Source of the DNA: an uncultured Holophagales bacterium
GTDB lineage: Bacteria > Acidobacteriota > Thermoanaerobaculia > Multivoradales > UBA5704
Direction: 5' to 3'
Assembly (NCBI GenBank): GCA_963842525.1
Contig: CAWJGT010000009.1
Span: forward strand, 416,001 to 480,000
Length of the DNA: 64,000 nucleotides
Shown: one piece after another, positions 1 to 9,692 of the stretch
How positions within the stretch are numbered: position 1 is the first letter of the stretch
Layout: each line of letters begins with the position of its first letter
The notes under the pieces: generated by a model
Databases searched by the model: none
What the model was told of the DNA's origin: nothing
Seen by the model: the letters and a program-made list of their open reading frames with translations, nothing else
Position numbers and translations under genes: made by a program

Positions 1-920
1 CCAGAGCCTGCTCCAGGACCTGCCGGACACAAAGCTGAGGAAATCCCTCCTCTGCCTGCTGGAGGAATCCCAGGGAAACATCGAGTCCTTCAAGGAGAAC
101 GTCGAGATCTGGTTCAACAACTCGATGTCCCGCGTCAGCGGCTGGTACAAGAGGCGGACCCAACTCGTCCACATCATTCTGGCTGTGGTCCTGACGCTCG
201 TGACCAACGTGGACACAGTCCTCGTCGTGAACGCCCTCTCCAAGAATCCGGCACTCCGCGAGTCGGTTGCCGCTCAGGCCGAGGCGTACGCGAAGGAGAA
301 CCAACCCGCGGCCAGCGAATCCACCCCTGCGGCTGCGGAGGCCACGCCAGCTCCTGTGGAGGCCACGCCAGCTCCTGTGGAGGCCACGCCAGCTCCGGCA
401 GAGACCCCGGCGCCGGAGGACAATGCCGAGCCCACGCCTGCACCTCCGGCTGGGACGACCGAGGCCGAAGGCGCCGGGCAGGGTGGGGAGACGGCAGCCG
501 CGACAACGTCGGCCGATCCGGACGAGACCTTCCGGAAGCTCCGGGCTCAGCTCGACGCGCTCGAGCTGCCGGTAGGCTGGGTCCTCCCCAAGGAGAACCA
601 GAAGCCTGCCGAAGCCGAAAGGGACAATGCGGACTTCCGCGAGTGGCCCGGCTGGTGGCCTTCCGGAACCGCCGGCGAATGGGCGCTCCTCTGGGCGCAG
701 ACGGTCCGTTTCCACCTGTTCGGCTGGGTGCTCACGGCTTTCGCGATCTCGCTGGGGGCCCCCTTCTGGTTCGAACATGCTGAACAAGGTCATCAACATC
801 CGGTCTGCCGGCAAGGCTCCCGAAGAGAAGCCGAAAGCGCCCAAGGAGGTGCCGCAGCCGCTGGAGCCGGGTCAGACGCCCACGCAGGCGGACGCGCTGG
901 CCAACGCGGCGCAGCGGTGA
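1..920 (+). CDS. Conserved hypothetical membrane protein, 5'-truncated by the window, one frameshift near 775
   Basis: Open frame from the window start reads EIWFNNSMSRVSGWYKRR...GWVLTAFAISLGAPFWF. It continues in the shifted frame as MLNKVINIRSAGK to TGA at 918-920. Confidence 0.7.
338..396 (+). repeat. 21-nt coding tandem repeat (EATPAPV, about 3 copies)
   Basis: gaggccacgccagctcctgtg repeated directly in a Pro/Ala-rich linker. Confidence 0.85.
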
Positions 921-926
921 TCTGGG

Positions 927-1033
927 GTAGCCTGGGGTTGGAAACCCCAGGCTGGTCAGCGCCGCCCATGCGGGGCGGGTGGTGGAGTCGCCCGGTAGGG
1001 CGATGGTTTCCAGCCTGGGGTTTCAACCCCAGG
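927..1033. repeat. Pair of REP-like palindromes between convergent genes
   Basis: gtAGCCTGGGGttggaaACCCCAGGCT (927-953) and AGCCTGGGGtttcaACCCCAGG (1012-1033). Confidence 0.65.
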
Positions 1034-1067
1034 CGCTGGAGCCCGATCCCCCGCTCCTGACCCCACG

Positions 1068-4000
1068 CTACCGCCCGCCCTTCTTCGATGCCTGTGCTCC
1101 CGCCGGCACCGCTACCGGCTCGTTCGGTCCTTCCGGCTTCGGCGTCTTGGGGCCTCCCCGCTCGATGGTGTAGAGCGCGTCCGCGCTCGTCCCCTCCCCC
1201 GATTCGGCCTGGAGCGTCCACTTGTCGCTCAGCAGGTAGCGGATGCGGAAGGTGTTGACCGGCTGGAAAAGTCCCATCCCGAAAGAGACGTAGAGCTTCG
1301 GGGAGAGGTACTTGGCGACCACCAGGGAGGCCGTGTCCAGCGAGCCGTCGGACTCGATGCGCGCCTCTTCGAGCCCGAAACGGGCGGCGAGCTTCTTGGC
1401 AAGGAGGTTGCCGCCGCGGATGCCCAGCGCGGTGGCGGCGTTCGCCAGCCGGTCCCCCTCCTGCGGCTGGGCACGGTTGAGTGGCCGGCCGAGCATCAGG
1501 TAGGAGAGCTGCTCCGTCTGCGTCATGGTCGGATTGGACCAGAGCGTGACCTCCGGCTTCTTGATCGTCCCCTTGGCGACGATGCCGGCGATCGTGCCGT
1601 CGTCGGCCTTGCGGTAGGCGCGGAGGTCGACGGCCGGGTTGGCGAGCGGACCGGCGAAGATCACCCGGCCGCGCTCGATCGTCAGATCCTGGCCATAGGC
1701 CTTGAAAATCCCCTTCTCGACCTCGATCTCGCCGAAGGCGCGCGTCACCTGGCCGGGGCGTTGGACCACCAGGACCGAGCCGGTGGGCTCCGCGTCGAGG
1801 CCGAAAGCCTTGACCTCGATGTCCTTGCCGAGGATGAAGCGCACCCGGGCCGACACCGCCGTCTTCTGCACGGGCTCGGCGTCCCCCTCGGCGTTGACGA
1901 AGACGACGTCCTTGGACGCCGTGACCGGCCCTTCCTTACGCTCCTTGATCTCGACGTCCGCCTCGGGGATCACGATGTCGCCGGTGAGCTCGGCCGTGTC
2001 CCCCTGGGCGATGAAGGTGAGGTCCGGCGAGACCACGGCGCGGATCTCTTCGGTGTCGGAGACCTGGAACCGCTGGCCCTTGATGGCCAGGCGGACCGGC
2101 GTCTCGGGGCTCGGCATGCCCGCGCGGCCCTTGAGGGTCAGGGTCCCGGGACCGGACCGGACGCTGCCGTCGATCGCCAGGGCGCCGCTGCCGTCGCCGG
2201 TCGCTGTGAGCTGGATCGCCCGCAGCTCCAGGCCGAAGCGGGGAATGTCGGCGCGGCCGTCTCTCAGCCGGGCTTCGCCGACGAAACGGGGCGACCCCAC
2301 CGTGCCGGACAGGGCGTAGCCCCCTTCCAGAGCGCCCGCCGGTCGGCTCAGGTCGGGGACGAACCCCTCGACGAAGCCGAGGTTGGCGAGCGCCACGTCG
2401 ATCCGGCCGGAGAGCGGCTGGCTCTGGAACGGCACGCCGCCAACGAGCCGCGGCAGCCGCAGGTCGGCGCGGATCGAGCCCACGTCGGCCAGCGTGATCT
2501 GCGCCGTGGCCCGGCCCGGTCCGCCGGACCCGGCCACCGCCTGGACCACCCCCTCCTGGTAGCGGAACGCCACCGTCCGTCCCTCGGCGCCCGGGAAGCG
2601 GAGCTCGCCTGGGCCAGGCCGCAGGTCGACGTCGACCGAGGCCACGACCGTGTTGGTGCCGCGCGCCCGTGCCGTGCCGTTGAGGTCGCCGGTGACCTGG
2701 AGGTCGGGCGGAAGGAACGGCTTGAAGGTGTTGAGGGGGAAATCGGCGATGGTCGAGTCGACGCTCCATGGCCCGGCCTTGGACCAGCCGCCGGTGGCGC
2801 ACACCCGGGCGCCGCCCGAGACCCAGCAGAAATCCTTCAGATTGACCGCCTCCGTCGAGGCCGTGAGCGGTGCCGCGCCCGCCAGGCGCCAGGTTCCGGT
2901 CGGTTCCGACTGCAAGTCGAGCCGGCTGACCTGGCCTTTCCAGGATGTCGTGCCCACGAGGCCGCCGGCGAGCGCCAGGTCGAGGCGCCCTTCCTCGGCC
3001 ACGGCCGTTGCCGTGAGGGTGTGGCTCCCGCGGGTCCCCTGGCCGCGGACGGTCAGCTCCGAGAGCCGGTTCTCCCCGGACTGGAGGCCGGTGGAGCGGA
3101 GGTCCAGGGAGACGGTCCCGCCGGGCGCCAGGCTCACGTCCGCGACGAGAGCCGCCTGTGCGATCGCGGTGTCGCCGAAGCGGATCTCCTTGCCCTTGGC
3201 GTCGACCTGGATGCGCGGCGTCTTCGTCGGCCCGGAGAGCCGTCCCTGGGCGATCACCGCGCCGCCGCCGCGGGGCACCGCGATCCCCAGGTTGGGCGCC
3301 GTGACATTCCAAGCCAGATTGAAGGCCGGGGCGACCTGCCCTTGGGCGGATGCCTCCACCGTCCCCCAGCGAAGGTCGAGCCGCGTGATCTCCTGGCGCG
3401 GGCCGGCCATCCGCAGCCCCGCGGTCCCCGACACCGGCTGCTGGCGGAGCACGCCGGCGAAGCGGGGGATTTCGACGGTGCCGACCGGGCCTCCCTCCTC
3501 CAGCCGGCCGCGCGTCGACGCGGTGAACGAGAGGCGTCCCGGAAATTCGGGCGACAGCCGCGCCGGCTCGATCCCGTCGGCGCGCAGGTTCGCGGTCCAG
3601 CGCACCTGCGGCGCCCAGGCGACCTCGCCGGTGCCGCCGACCCGGCCGCCGAGCAGGCCGCCCTGGAGCTTCGCGAACCGGAAGTGGGTGCTGTCCCCCT
3701 GGCCGGCGACCACCCAGCGTCCGGGGAGGATGTCGCCGCCGGGGGCCTGCGTCAGGTCGGCCTGGACCTCCGCCTTGTAATCGTCGGCGTTGCCGGAGAC
3801 CTTGGCGGTGCCGCGTGAGCTGGCGACCAGCGTCGGGCCGCCACGTAGCGGCCAGCGGAGGTTTTGCCAGCTCGCATCGCCGTCGAAGTCGAAGGTCTTG
3901 TCCCGCAGAGTGATCAGGCCCTTGGCGCCGAGGCGCGTGGGGGTGCCCGGCAGGGAGACGTCGGCCTTGGCGATCCGCCATGCGGCTCCGTCGCGGGAGA

Positions 4001-4943
4001 CCTGGTAGGACACGACCGCCGGCCCGACCTCCGGCGCGCGCCCGCGGACCGTACCGGAGCTGGTGAATTCCTCGATCTGCCCGGCGATCCGGATCTCGCC
4101 GCTCGCCGGAATGTCGGGCAGGTCCGCCTTGATCAGCCGGGGGTTGAAGCCCGAGAAGCGCAAGCCGCCGTCGAACCCCAGGTCCGAGAGCGGCTGGGTC
4201 AGCACGGCATCGAGATGGGCCGGGAAGGGGGCCGCGAGGTCCTGGACCACGCGCAGCTTCTCCAGGCTGCCGGTCAGCGGTCCCTGGCCGGAGAAGGCCG
4301 CCATGTCAGGAAGCCGGACCGTCCAGCGGGCCTGCAGGTCCACCGGGTAGTCCCCCTGCGGCTGGAATCTGCCCGTGACGTCGCCGTCGAGCAGCGGCGC
4401 GCGCACGGTGAAGCGCTCGATCTGGAAGCGGCTGCCGATCGCCGTCGTCACCAGGTCGATGCGGTCGATGACGAAGGGGTCCGGCCCGGCGCCGATCTTC
4501 AGGTCGCGCACCCGCGCATCGCGCAGCAGGATGTTGAAGCCCAGATTGATGTCCGGCAGCGGACCGCTCTCCTTCTTCTCCTTCGACGGCGTGGGGACGA
4601 TGCGGATGCCGTCGGCGTAGAGGCGCTCGATGTCCACCCGGCGCGACAGGAGATCGCGCATCTTCCACTGGAGCTGGACGCGCTCGACGTACATGTCGAG
4701 GCCGTCGCGCTTGTAGACGAGCCCGCGGATGTCCAGCGGGCCGCGCAGCGGACCGTGGATCTCGCGCACCTCCAGCGAGCCGGGGACGATCGCGCCGAGG
4801 CGGGTGAACAGCCACTCGGTCCCTCCCTGGGTGCCGAGCAGGAACCAGACGGCGGAGCCCAGGAGCAGGGCAAAGACGACGAGAACGGCGGAGCCCCACA
4901 AGAGGGTCCGCCGCAGGCGGGGGTGGTTCAACAGCAGCTTCAT
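1068..4943 (-). CDS. tamB: Translocation/assembly module TamB (DUF490)
   Basis: 1291 aa with N-terminal TM anchor and beta-rich body. C-terminus has YGQDLTIERGRVIFAG...LSYLMLGR...KYLSPKLYVSFG. Directly downstream of tamA. Confidence 0.9.
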   Translation of the reverse strand: MKLLLNHPRLRRTLLWGSAVLVVFALLLGSAVWFLLGTQGGTEWLFTRLGAIVPGSLEVREIHGPLRGPLDIRGLVYKRDGLDMYVERVQLQWKMRDLLSRRVDIERLYADGIRIVPTPSKEKKESGPLPDINLGFNILLRDARVRDLKIGAGPDPFVIDRIDLVTTAIGSRFQIERFTVRAPLLDGDVTGRFQPQGDYPVDLQARWTVRLPDMAAFSGQGPLTGSLEKLRVVQDLAAPFPAHLDAVLTQPLSDLGFDGGLRFSGFNPRLIKADLPDIPASGEIRIAGQIEEFTSSGTVRGRAPEVGPAVVSYQVSRDGAAWRIAKADVSLPGTPTRLGAKGLITLRDKTFDFDGDASWQNLRWPLRGGPTLVASSRGTAKVSGNADDYKAEVQADLTQAPGGDILPGRWVVAGQGDSTHFRFAKLQGGLLGGRVGGTGEVAWAPQVRWTANLRADGIEPARLSPEFPGRLSFTASTRGRLEEGGPVGTVEIPRFAGVLRQQPVSGTAGLRMAGPRQEITRLDLRWGTVEASAQGQVAPAFNLAWNVTAPNLGIAVPRGGGAVIAQGRLSGPTKTPRIQVDAKGKEIRFGDTAIAQAALVADVSLAPGGTVSLDLRSTGLQSGENRLSELTVRGQGTRGSHTLTATAVAEEGRLDLALAGGLVGTTSWKGQVSRLDLQSEPTGTWRLAGAAPLTASTEAVNLKDFCWVSGGARVCATGGWSKAGPWSVDSTIADFPLNTFKPFLPPDLQVTGDLNGTARARGTNTVVASVDVDLRPGPGELRFPGAEGRTVAFRYQEGVVQAVAGSGGPGRATAQITLADVGSIRADLRLPRLVGGVPFQSQPLSGRIDVALANLGFVEGFVPDLSRPAGALEGGYALSGTVGSPRFVGEARLRDGRADIPRFGLELRAIQLTATGDGSGALAIDGSVRSGPGTLTLKGRAGMPSPETPVRLAIKGQRFQVSDTEEIRAVVSPDLTFIAQGDTAELTGDIVIPEADVEIKERKEGPVTASKDVVFVNAEGDAEPVQKTAVSARVRFILGKDIEVKAFGLDAEPTGSVLVVQRPGQVTRAFGEIEVEKGIFKAYGQDLTIERGRVIFAGPLANPAVDLRAYRKADDGTIAGIVAKGTIKKPEVTLWSNPTMTQTEQLSYLMLGRPLNRAQPQEGDRLANAATALGIRGGNLLAKKLAARFGLEEARIESDGSLDTASLVVAKYLSPKLYVSFGMGLFQPVNTFRIRYLLSDKWTLQAESGEGTSADALYTIERGGPKTPKPEGPNEPVAVPAGAQASKKGGR

Positions 4944-7651
4944 AGATCAGGTCCTACCGTGAGATGGAAGCGGACGGGATGGCCCGGCTCGTTGAGGGCC
5001 CAGGCGGCATCGGCGCGGATCGGACCGATGGGGGTCACCCAGCGCAGCCCCACGCCGGCCCCCTCGGCCAGCTCGCCGGATAGCGACTGCATGGCGTTGC
5101 CGGCGTCGTAGAAGGCGGCGATCCCCCACTTTTCAAGGAACCGCCACTTTTGCAGGAAACGGAACTCGAGCTCGACGCTGCCGGTCAGCAGGCTCTCGCC
5201 GCCGATGATGTTGCCTTCCTCGTCGCGGCGGCCCAGCTCCTGATAGCCGTAGCCGCGCACGCTCTGGTCGCCGCCGGCGAAGAAGCGGACCGTCGGAGGG
5301 AGATCGCGGAACTGGTCCGTCTCGGTCTGTCCCACCTGGAGGCGCGTGATGAACCGGAAGCGGTCGGCGAAGCTGTGGATCAGCTTCCCCTCGGCCCGGC
5401 CCTGCAGGAAGGAGGCGTTCGAGAGCGCCGCTTCGTCGGCCCCCCGCAGGGTGAATTCGATGCGGTGCCCCCGGTTCGTGGAGATGCGGTCGTCGGCGCG
5501 CACCCGGGTCCAGGTGGCCTGGGGGATCAGCAGCTCCGAGGTCCCCTCGTCGACGCCGACCTCGAAGTCCTCGCGCTGGAAGCTGAGCCCGTAGGCCTCG
5601 CGCCAGCTCCCGCGCGCCTGGGTGAGCCCGACGCCGACCAGGGCGCTCTGGCTGCGGACGTCGTTCGGCCGCAGGTCGGCGTAGCCCACCTGGAAGGTGA
5701 TGACGTCCGTTCGTGGGTAGGCGCCCGGCATTTCATAGGCGGCGCTGAAGCTCTTCTCGATCTGGGAGAGCCGAGCCTCGGAGCGCCCGCGGTGGCCGCG
5801 GCGGTTGATCCGGCGCAGCTCCACCGCGGCCGTGCCCCGCGGGCCGGTGTCGGTCCCATAGCCCGCGCCGACGTTCCATCTCTGGCGTGCGCTGGCCACC
5901 AGGTTGACCACGATCGGCACCTCGACCCCCTGGGCGAGGTCCTGCCGCGGCACCACCTCGACGCGCTGGAAATAAGGGCTGTCGCTGAGCGTCGTCTGCA
6001 TCTCCAGCAGCTTGTCGACGTCGAGCGGCTCGCCCTGCTCGAAGGTGACGTAGCCCTTGAGGAGGTCGGGGTTCAGGAAGTCCTGGTTGAAGGTCACTGG
6101 ACCGAAGTGGAAGCGCGGGCCGGTGGCGAAGTGGACGGCGACCGCGGAGGTGTAGGTGTCGAGGTCGACGCGGATCTCGCTGGTCGTGAAGTCGGCGTTG
6201 AGATAGCCGCCGGCCGCCGCGTAGTCGACGAGCGCCTGCTTGCCCGCCTCGTAGTCCGGATGGAACACGGTCTCCCCCTGCTTCAGAGGGAAGTCGCGGA
6301 CCCGCTGCTGGAACCCGGGATCGTCCGCTCCCTCGCCTTCGACCCGCACGTCCAGGGTGCTCACCCGGAGCGGCGGCCCGGCCTCGACCGTATAGCGCGC
6401 CACCCAGGTGTCCTCCTCGCGTTCGAGGGCGCTCTGGATGGCCGGCCGGTAGTAGCCGAACGGCTGGAGGGCGAGCTTGATGTCCTCCTCGCTCCTGGCG
6501 TGCAGGCGCCGGATCCGCTCCTCGGTGAGGTCCTTGTCCTTCCGTGCCTCTTCCAGGCTCAGCGTGGCCAGGACGTTGCGCCGCAGGTCGCCGTCGAGGC
6601 CTTCGATCTCGACCCGCAGCTTCTCGCCGGCCCACGCCGGAGCCGCGGCAAGCAGCAGGAAGGCGAGCCCGAGGACGGCGACGATTCCCCCACTGGCCTT
6701 CCGTTGCTCCGCCGCTGCCAGGGCCTCGGGGCTGGGCGCGGCGGCGCCGGCCAGCTCCCGCGGCACCCGGATCGCCCCCTCCTCGGGCTTGGGGCGATGG
6801 GACCGGTACTCCCGCGAGTGGATGTAGGTGAATTCGGCGCCGAAGAAGAAGATCAGCGACGAGTAGTAGACCCAGAGCAGGACCACGACCAGCGAGCCCG
6901 CGGCCCCATAGGCCGAAGCGGCTCCCGTGCGGCCCAGGTAGTAGCCGATCAGCGTCTTGCCGATCACGAAGAGCAGAGACGTCACCATGGCGCCCAGGAA
7001 GACGTCCCGGCCGCCGAGCCGGACATCGGGCAGCAGGCGGTAGATCAGGGCGAAGAGCAGGGTGGTCACGACGAACGACAGGACGAAATTGAAGACCTGG
7101 AGCAGCTCGACCGGCAGCGGGAGGAGAGCCTCCAAACGGCTGCCCAGGCTGGACAGCCCGGCGCTCAGCACCAGAGAGACCATCAGCAGGAACCCGATCC
7201 CCAGAAGAACGGTGAACGACAGAAGCCGTTTCCGGAGGAGGGTTGTAAAAACTGCCCCGGGCCGCGGCGCCACGCCCCAGACACGGTTCAGCCCGTCCTG
7301 GAGCTGGACGAACACCGCCGTGGCGCCGAAGAGGAGGGTTGCAATCCCGACGACCGTGGCGATCCGGCCCGACCCCGGGCGGGCCGCGCTCTTCAGGACC
7401 TCCTGGATCAGCAATGCAGCCTCCGGTCCCATCAGGCCTCTGAACTCGGAGAAAATCTGGTTGCGCACCGCCTGCTGGCCGAAGACGGCTCCGGCGAGCG
7501 CGATCACCACCAGCAGCACCGGCGCCAGGGAAAAGATCGTGTAGAAGGCAAGGCTCGCGCTCTGGGTGGAAGCGCCGTGGCGATTCCAATGGACGATCAC
7601 TTCGCCCAGCAGCTTGCGCCATTCGTCGAGCCTCGTCTTCAATTTCTTCAT
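4940..7651 (-). CDS. tamA: YihY/BrkB-family inner-membrane domain fused in frame to TamA (POTRA + Omp85 barrel)
   Basis: N-terminal SLAFYTIFSLAP...YGAAGSLVVVLLWVYYSS (YihY), then a signal-like segment LLLAAAPAWA, then ALQPFGYY, GYGTDTG, RFFAGGDQSVRGY, GLRWVTPIGPIR..A (TamA). Confidence 0.85.
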   Translation of the reverse strand: MKKLKTRLDEWRKLLGEVIVHWNRHGASTQSASLAFYTIFSLAPVLLVVIALAGAVFGQQAVRNQIFSEFRGLMGPEAALLIQEVLKSAARPGSGRIATVVGIATLLFGATAVFVQLQDGLNRVWGVAPRPGAVFTTLLRKRLLSFTVLLGIGFLLMVSLVLSAGLSSLGSRLEALLPLPVELLQVFNFVLSFVVTTLLFALIYRLLPDVRLGGRDVFLGAMVTSLLFVIGKTLIGYYLGRTGAASAYGAAGSLVVVLLWVYYSSLIFFFGAEFTYIHSREYRSHRPKPEEGAIRVPRELAGAAAPSPEALAAAEQRKASGGIVAVLGLAFLLLAAAPAWAGEKLRVEIEGLDGDLRRNVLATLSLEEARKDKDLTEERIRRLHARSEEDIKLALQPFGYYRPAIQSALEREEDTWVARYTVEAGPPLRVSTLDVRVEGEGADDPGFQQRVRDFPLKQGETVFHPDYEAGKQALVDYAAAGGYLNADFTTSEIRVDLDTYTSAVAVHFATGPRFHFGPVTFNQDFLNPDLLKGYVTFEQGEPLDVDKLLEMQTTLSDSPYFQRVEVVPRQDLAQGVEVPIVVNLVASARQRWNVGAGYGTDTGPRGTAAVELRRINRRGHRGRSEARLSQIEKSFSAAYEMPGAYPRTDVITFQVGYADLRPNDVRSQSALVGVGLTQARGSWREAYGLSFQREDFEVGVDEGTSELLIPQATWTRVRADDRISTNRGHRIEFTLRGADEAALSNASFLQGRAEGKLIHSFADRFRFITRLQVGQTETDQFRDLPPTVRFFAGGDQSVRGYGYQELGRRDEEGNIIGGESLLTGSVELEFRFLQKWRFLEKWGIAAFYDAGNAMQSLSGELAEGAGVGLRWVTPIGPIRADAAWALNEPGHPVRFHLTVGPDL

Positions 7652-7763
7652 GGTCCGTCTACAACGCGAATGCCTTGGTCGGCAAGAAGGATGCCAACCT
7701 GCGCCGGGGCTGTTGGGCGCCTCCGCATCGAGCAGCAGTGTTATGATCGCGATTATGCCGAAC

Positions 7764-8144
7764 ATGCCGATGCACGCCGACGAGCGGCGGATCGCGGCAC
7801 TCCTGCGCGAGCTGATTCAGCAGGGAGGTGCTTCGAGCGAGGAGATCGAGAGCCGGCTGGGCTGGGAGCCCGGGCGGCTCGGCGCGGTGCTCAGCGGACG
7901 CCAGGGCCTCAGCTTCGAGGTCCTCCTCGAAGTCCTGCCGGTCCTGGACGAGACGCCCGGGAACTTCTTTGCACGCCTCTACGGCTTTCACCCCAGGGAA
8001 TCGGAGGACGCCGAAGGGCCGAACGGCTCCAACGGCTCTCCCAAGCCGGACCGCCGGTTCGAGGAGAGCCGGCGGGTCGTCAAGGACGCGATCGCACGCC
8101 GCTCCGCCTGGAAGGAGGAGCGGTCCACGACCACGACGTGCTGA
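7764..8144 (+). CDS. XRE-like helix-turn-helix protein
   Basis: LLRELIQQGGASSEEIESRLGWEPGRLGAVLSGRQGLSFEVLLEVL. Similar to 20080..20484. Start uncertain (7755, 7764 or 7770). Confidence 0.7.
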   Translation: MPMHADERRIAALLRELIQQGGASSEEIESRLGWEPGRLGAVLSGRQGLSFEVLLEVLPVLDETPGNFFARLYGFHPRESEDAEGPNGSNGSPKPDRRFEESRRVVKDAIARRSAWKEERSTTTTC

Positions 8145-8153
8145 GGACGGGGG

Positions 8154-9536
8154 TTACTTCAGGCCCTGACGGTGGGGGAGCTGCTCCAGACGCGCGTTCA
8201 GGAAGCGGATCAGGTCGAACGCCTGGCGGCTCTGATCGGCCACCTGCTGGAGCTGGAGCAGCGCCGCGAGCGCCTCGCGGTCGACCCCCAGCGAGGTGAA
8301 GATCGGCACCATCTCCGACACCGACTGCTGGAGCGCCTCCACCTCGCCGAGCTTGAGGTAGACGGCCGCGAGGTCGAGCGAGACCACCGCAGCCTCGTAG
8401 AAGAGGTCCCGCTCCAGGAACCCCTGCCGGGCGCGCAGAAGGGACGCTTCGGCGGCCCGCAGATGCCCCAGGTCGCGCAGCAACTGCCCTTCCTGCCAGC
8501 CGGCGCGCAGCGAGATCAGCGAGTCGTTGAACTCCTTGTAGAGGTCCCGTGCCTCGAAGTAGATCGACAACGCCTGCTCGGGCCGGTCCAGGTCGATATA
8601 GCACCGGATCAGGTTGTGGCAGGCGGCGAGCAGCAGGTGCGGATCTCCTTCATGATCGATGAGCGGGATCGCCTGGTTGAGGATGCGCACCGCGGCCTCG
8701 GTCTCTCCGGAGTAGAGGGACGCGATCGCATTCTGCACCATGGTGCTGGCGAGGGCATGCTCGTCGTCGAGCTCGCGGTAGATGCGCCCGGCCTGGTCCG
8801 AAAGCTCGATCGCCTCGTCGAAGCGCCGCTGGAAGATCCGCAGCGAGGCGGTCTGCTCGAGGAGCCAGGCGCGCAACGGTGGGTCGCCGGTCCCCTCGGC
8901 ACAGAACCGGTGTGCCGTGGCGATGGCCTCCTCGGCCTCGCGCAGGCGGCCGGACACGCGCAGGGCGTTGCCGTGCTGCCGCCAGGCCTGGGTGCCCAGG
9001 TCCGCCAGCTTGGCGGCGCTGCCGGCCGTCGCGACCGAGCACGCCTCCGCGGACAGCCGGGCGAGATGCGCCAGATGGAGCATCCGGGCCGGATTTTCGT
9101 AGCGGGCGGCGTGGCTGGCCTCGATCAGGCGCGCGACGAGCTGCGCATTGGCGAAGCGGCTGTAGCTGCTCACCCAGCGCGCCTGCTCATCCAGAGGCAG
9201 CGGCGCCAGCTCGGCCATCAGCTCCTCGGGCGTGCTCTCCGGCGGCCGTCCCTCGGCAAAGAAGGCGGCCAACGCCTCCTCCGCCGCGGCGAAGGACCGT
9301 CCATACTCATACCCGGCCGATCCAGGATCCCGGTCGGAATTCCGTTCGGAGGGGATGCGGAACAGACGCTCCAGGCGACCGTTGTCCCAGCCCATGGCGT
9401 GCAGCGTCGCCCGGCAGGAGGCACAGCCGGCCAGCAGGTGCCGCAGCAGGCGCGCGTTGCGGGTCGCTTGCACCGGCCGCGACTCAGCCCGCAGGAAGCT
9501 CTCGAGCTCTTCGATGGTCGGATGGTCCGTCAGCAT
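8154..9536 (-). CDS. TPR-like protein with N-terminal Zn-finger-like motif (receptor paralog R1)
   Basis: MLTDHP...RHLLAGCASC, helical repeats, [35 protein letters not shown] before the ATG at 9536. Confidence 0.85.
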   Translation of the reverse strand: MLTDHPTIEELESFLRAESRPVQATRNARLLRHLLAGCASCRATLHAMGWDNGRLERLFRIPSERNSDRDPGSAGYEYGRSFAAAEEALAAFFAEGRPPESTPEELMAELAPLPLDEQARWVSSYSRFANAQLVARLIEASHAARYENPARMLHLAHLARLSAEACSVATAGSAAKLADLGTQAWRQHGNALRVSGRLREAEEAIATAHRFCAEGTGDPPLRAWLLEQTASLRIFQRRFDEAIELSDQAGRIYRELDDEHALASTMVQNAIASLYSGETEAAVRILNQAIPLIDHEGDPHLLLAACHNLIRCYIDLDRPEQALSIYFEARDLYKEFNDSLISLRAGWQEGQLLRDLGHLRAAEASLLRARQGFLERDLFYEAAVVSLDLAAVYLKLGEVEALQQSVSEMVPIFTSLGVDREALAALLQLQQVADQSRQAFDLIRFLNARLEQLPHRQGLK

Positions 9537-9649
9537 GGGCAAGCCCTCCAAAGAGCCTGTTCCGGATACAAGACAGAAACGGCGTACGGCCGTAGTATAA
9601 AATTATACGAGCCTGACGGCGCTCGGAGAAGAACGCGTTCTATCAGGTA

Positions 9650-9677
9650 AGTGCCCGCATGCGGGACAAACGGGACA
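9650..9677 (-). promoter_or_regulatory. Shared bipartite promoter-like motif
   Basis: Minus strand TGTCCC-N17-GCACT, 114 nt above the R1 start. Contains the palindrome cccgcatgcggg. Confidence 0.65.
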
Positions 9678-9692
9678 GGCTTCCGATGCTCG

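Noticed and set aside
5150-8299. 1049-aa plus-strand ORF and other long antisense ORFs (e.g. 1761..3818, 56564..58441, 54773..56428)
   Set aside because: These are shadow ORFs typical of high-GC DNA, lying opposite well-supported genes, with no recognisable motifs
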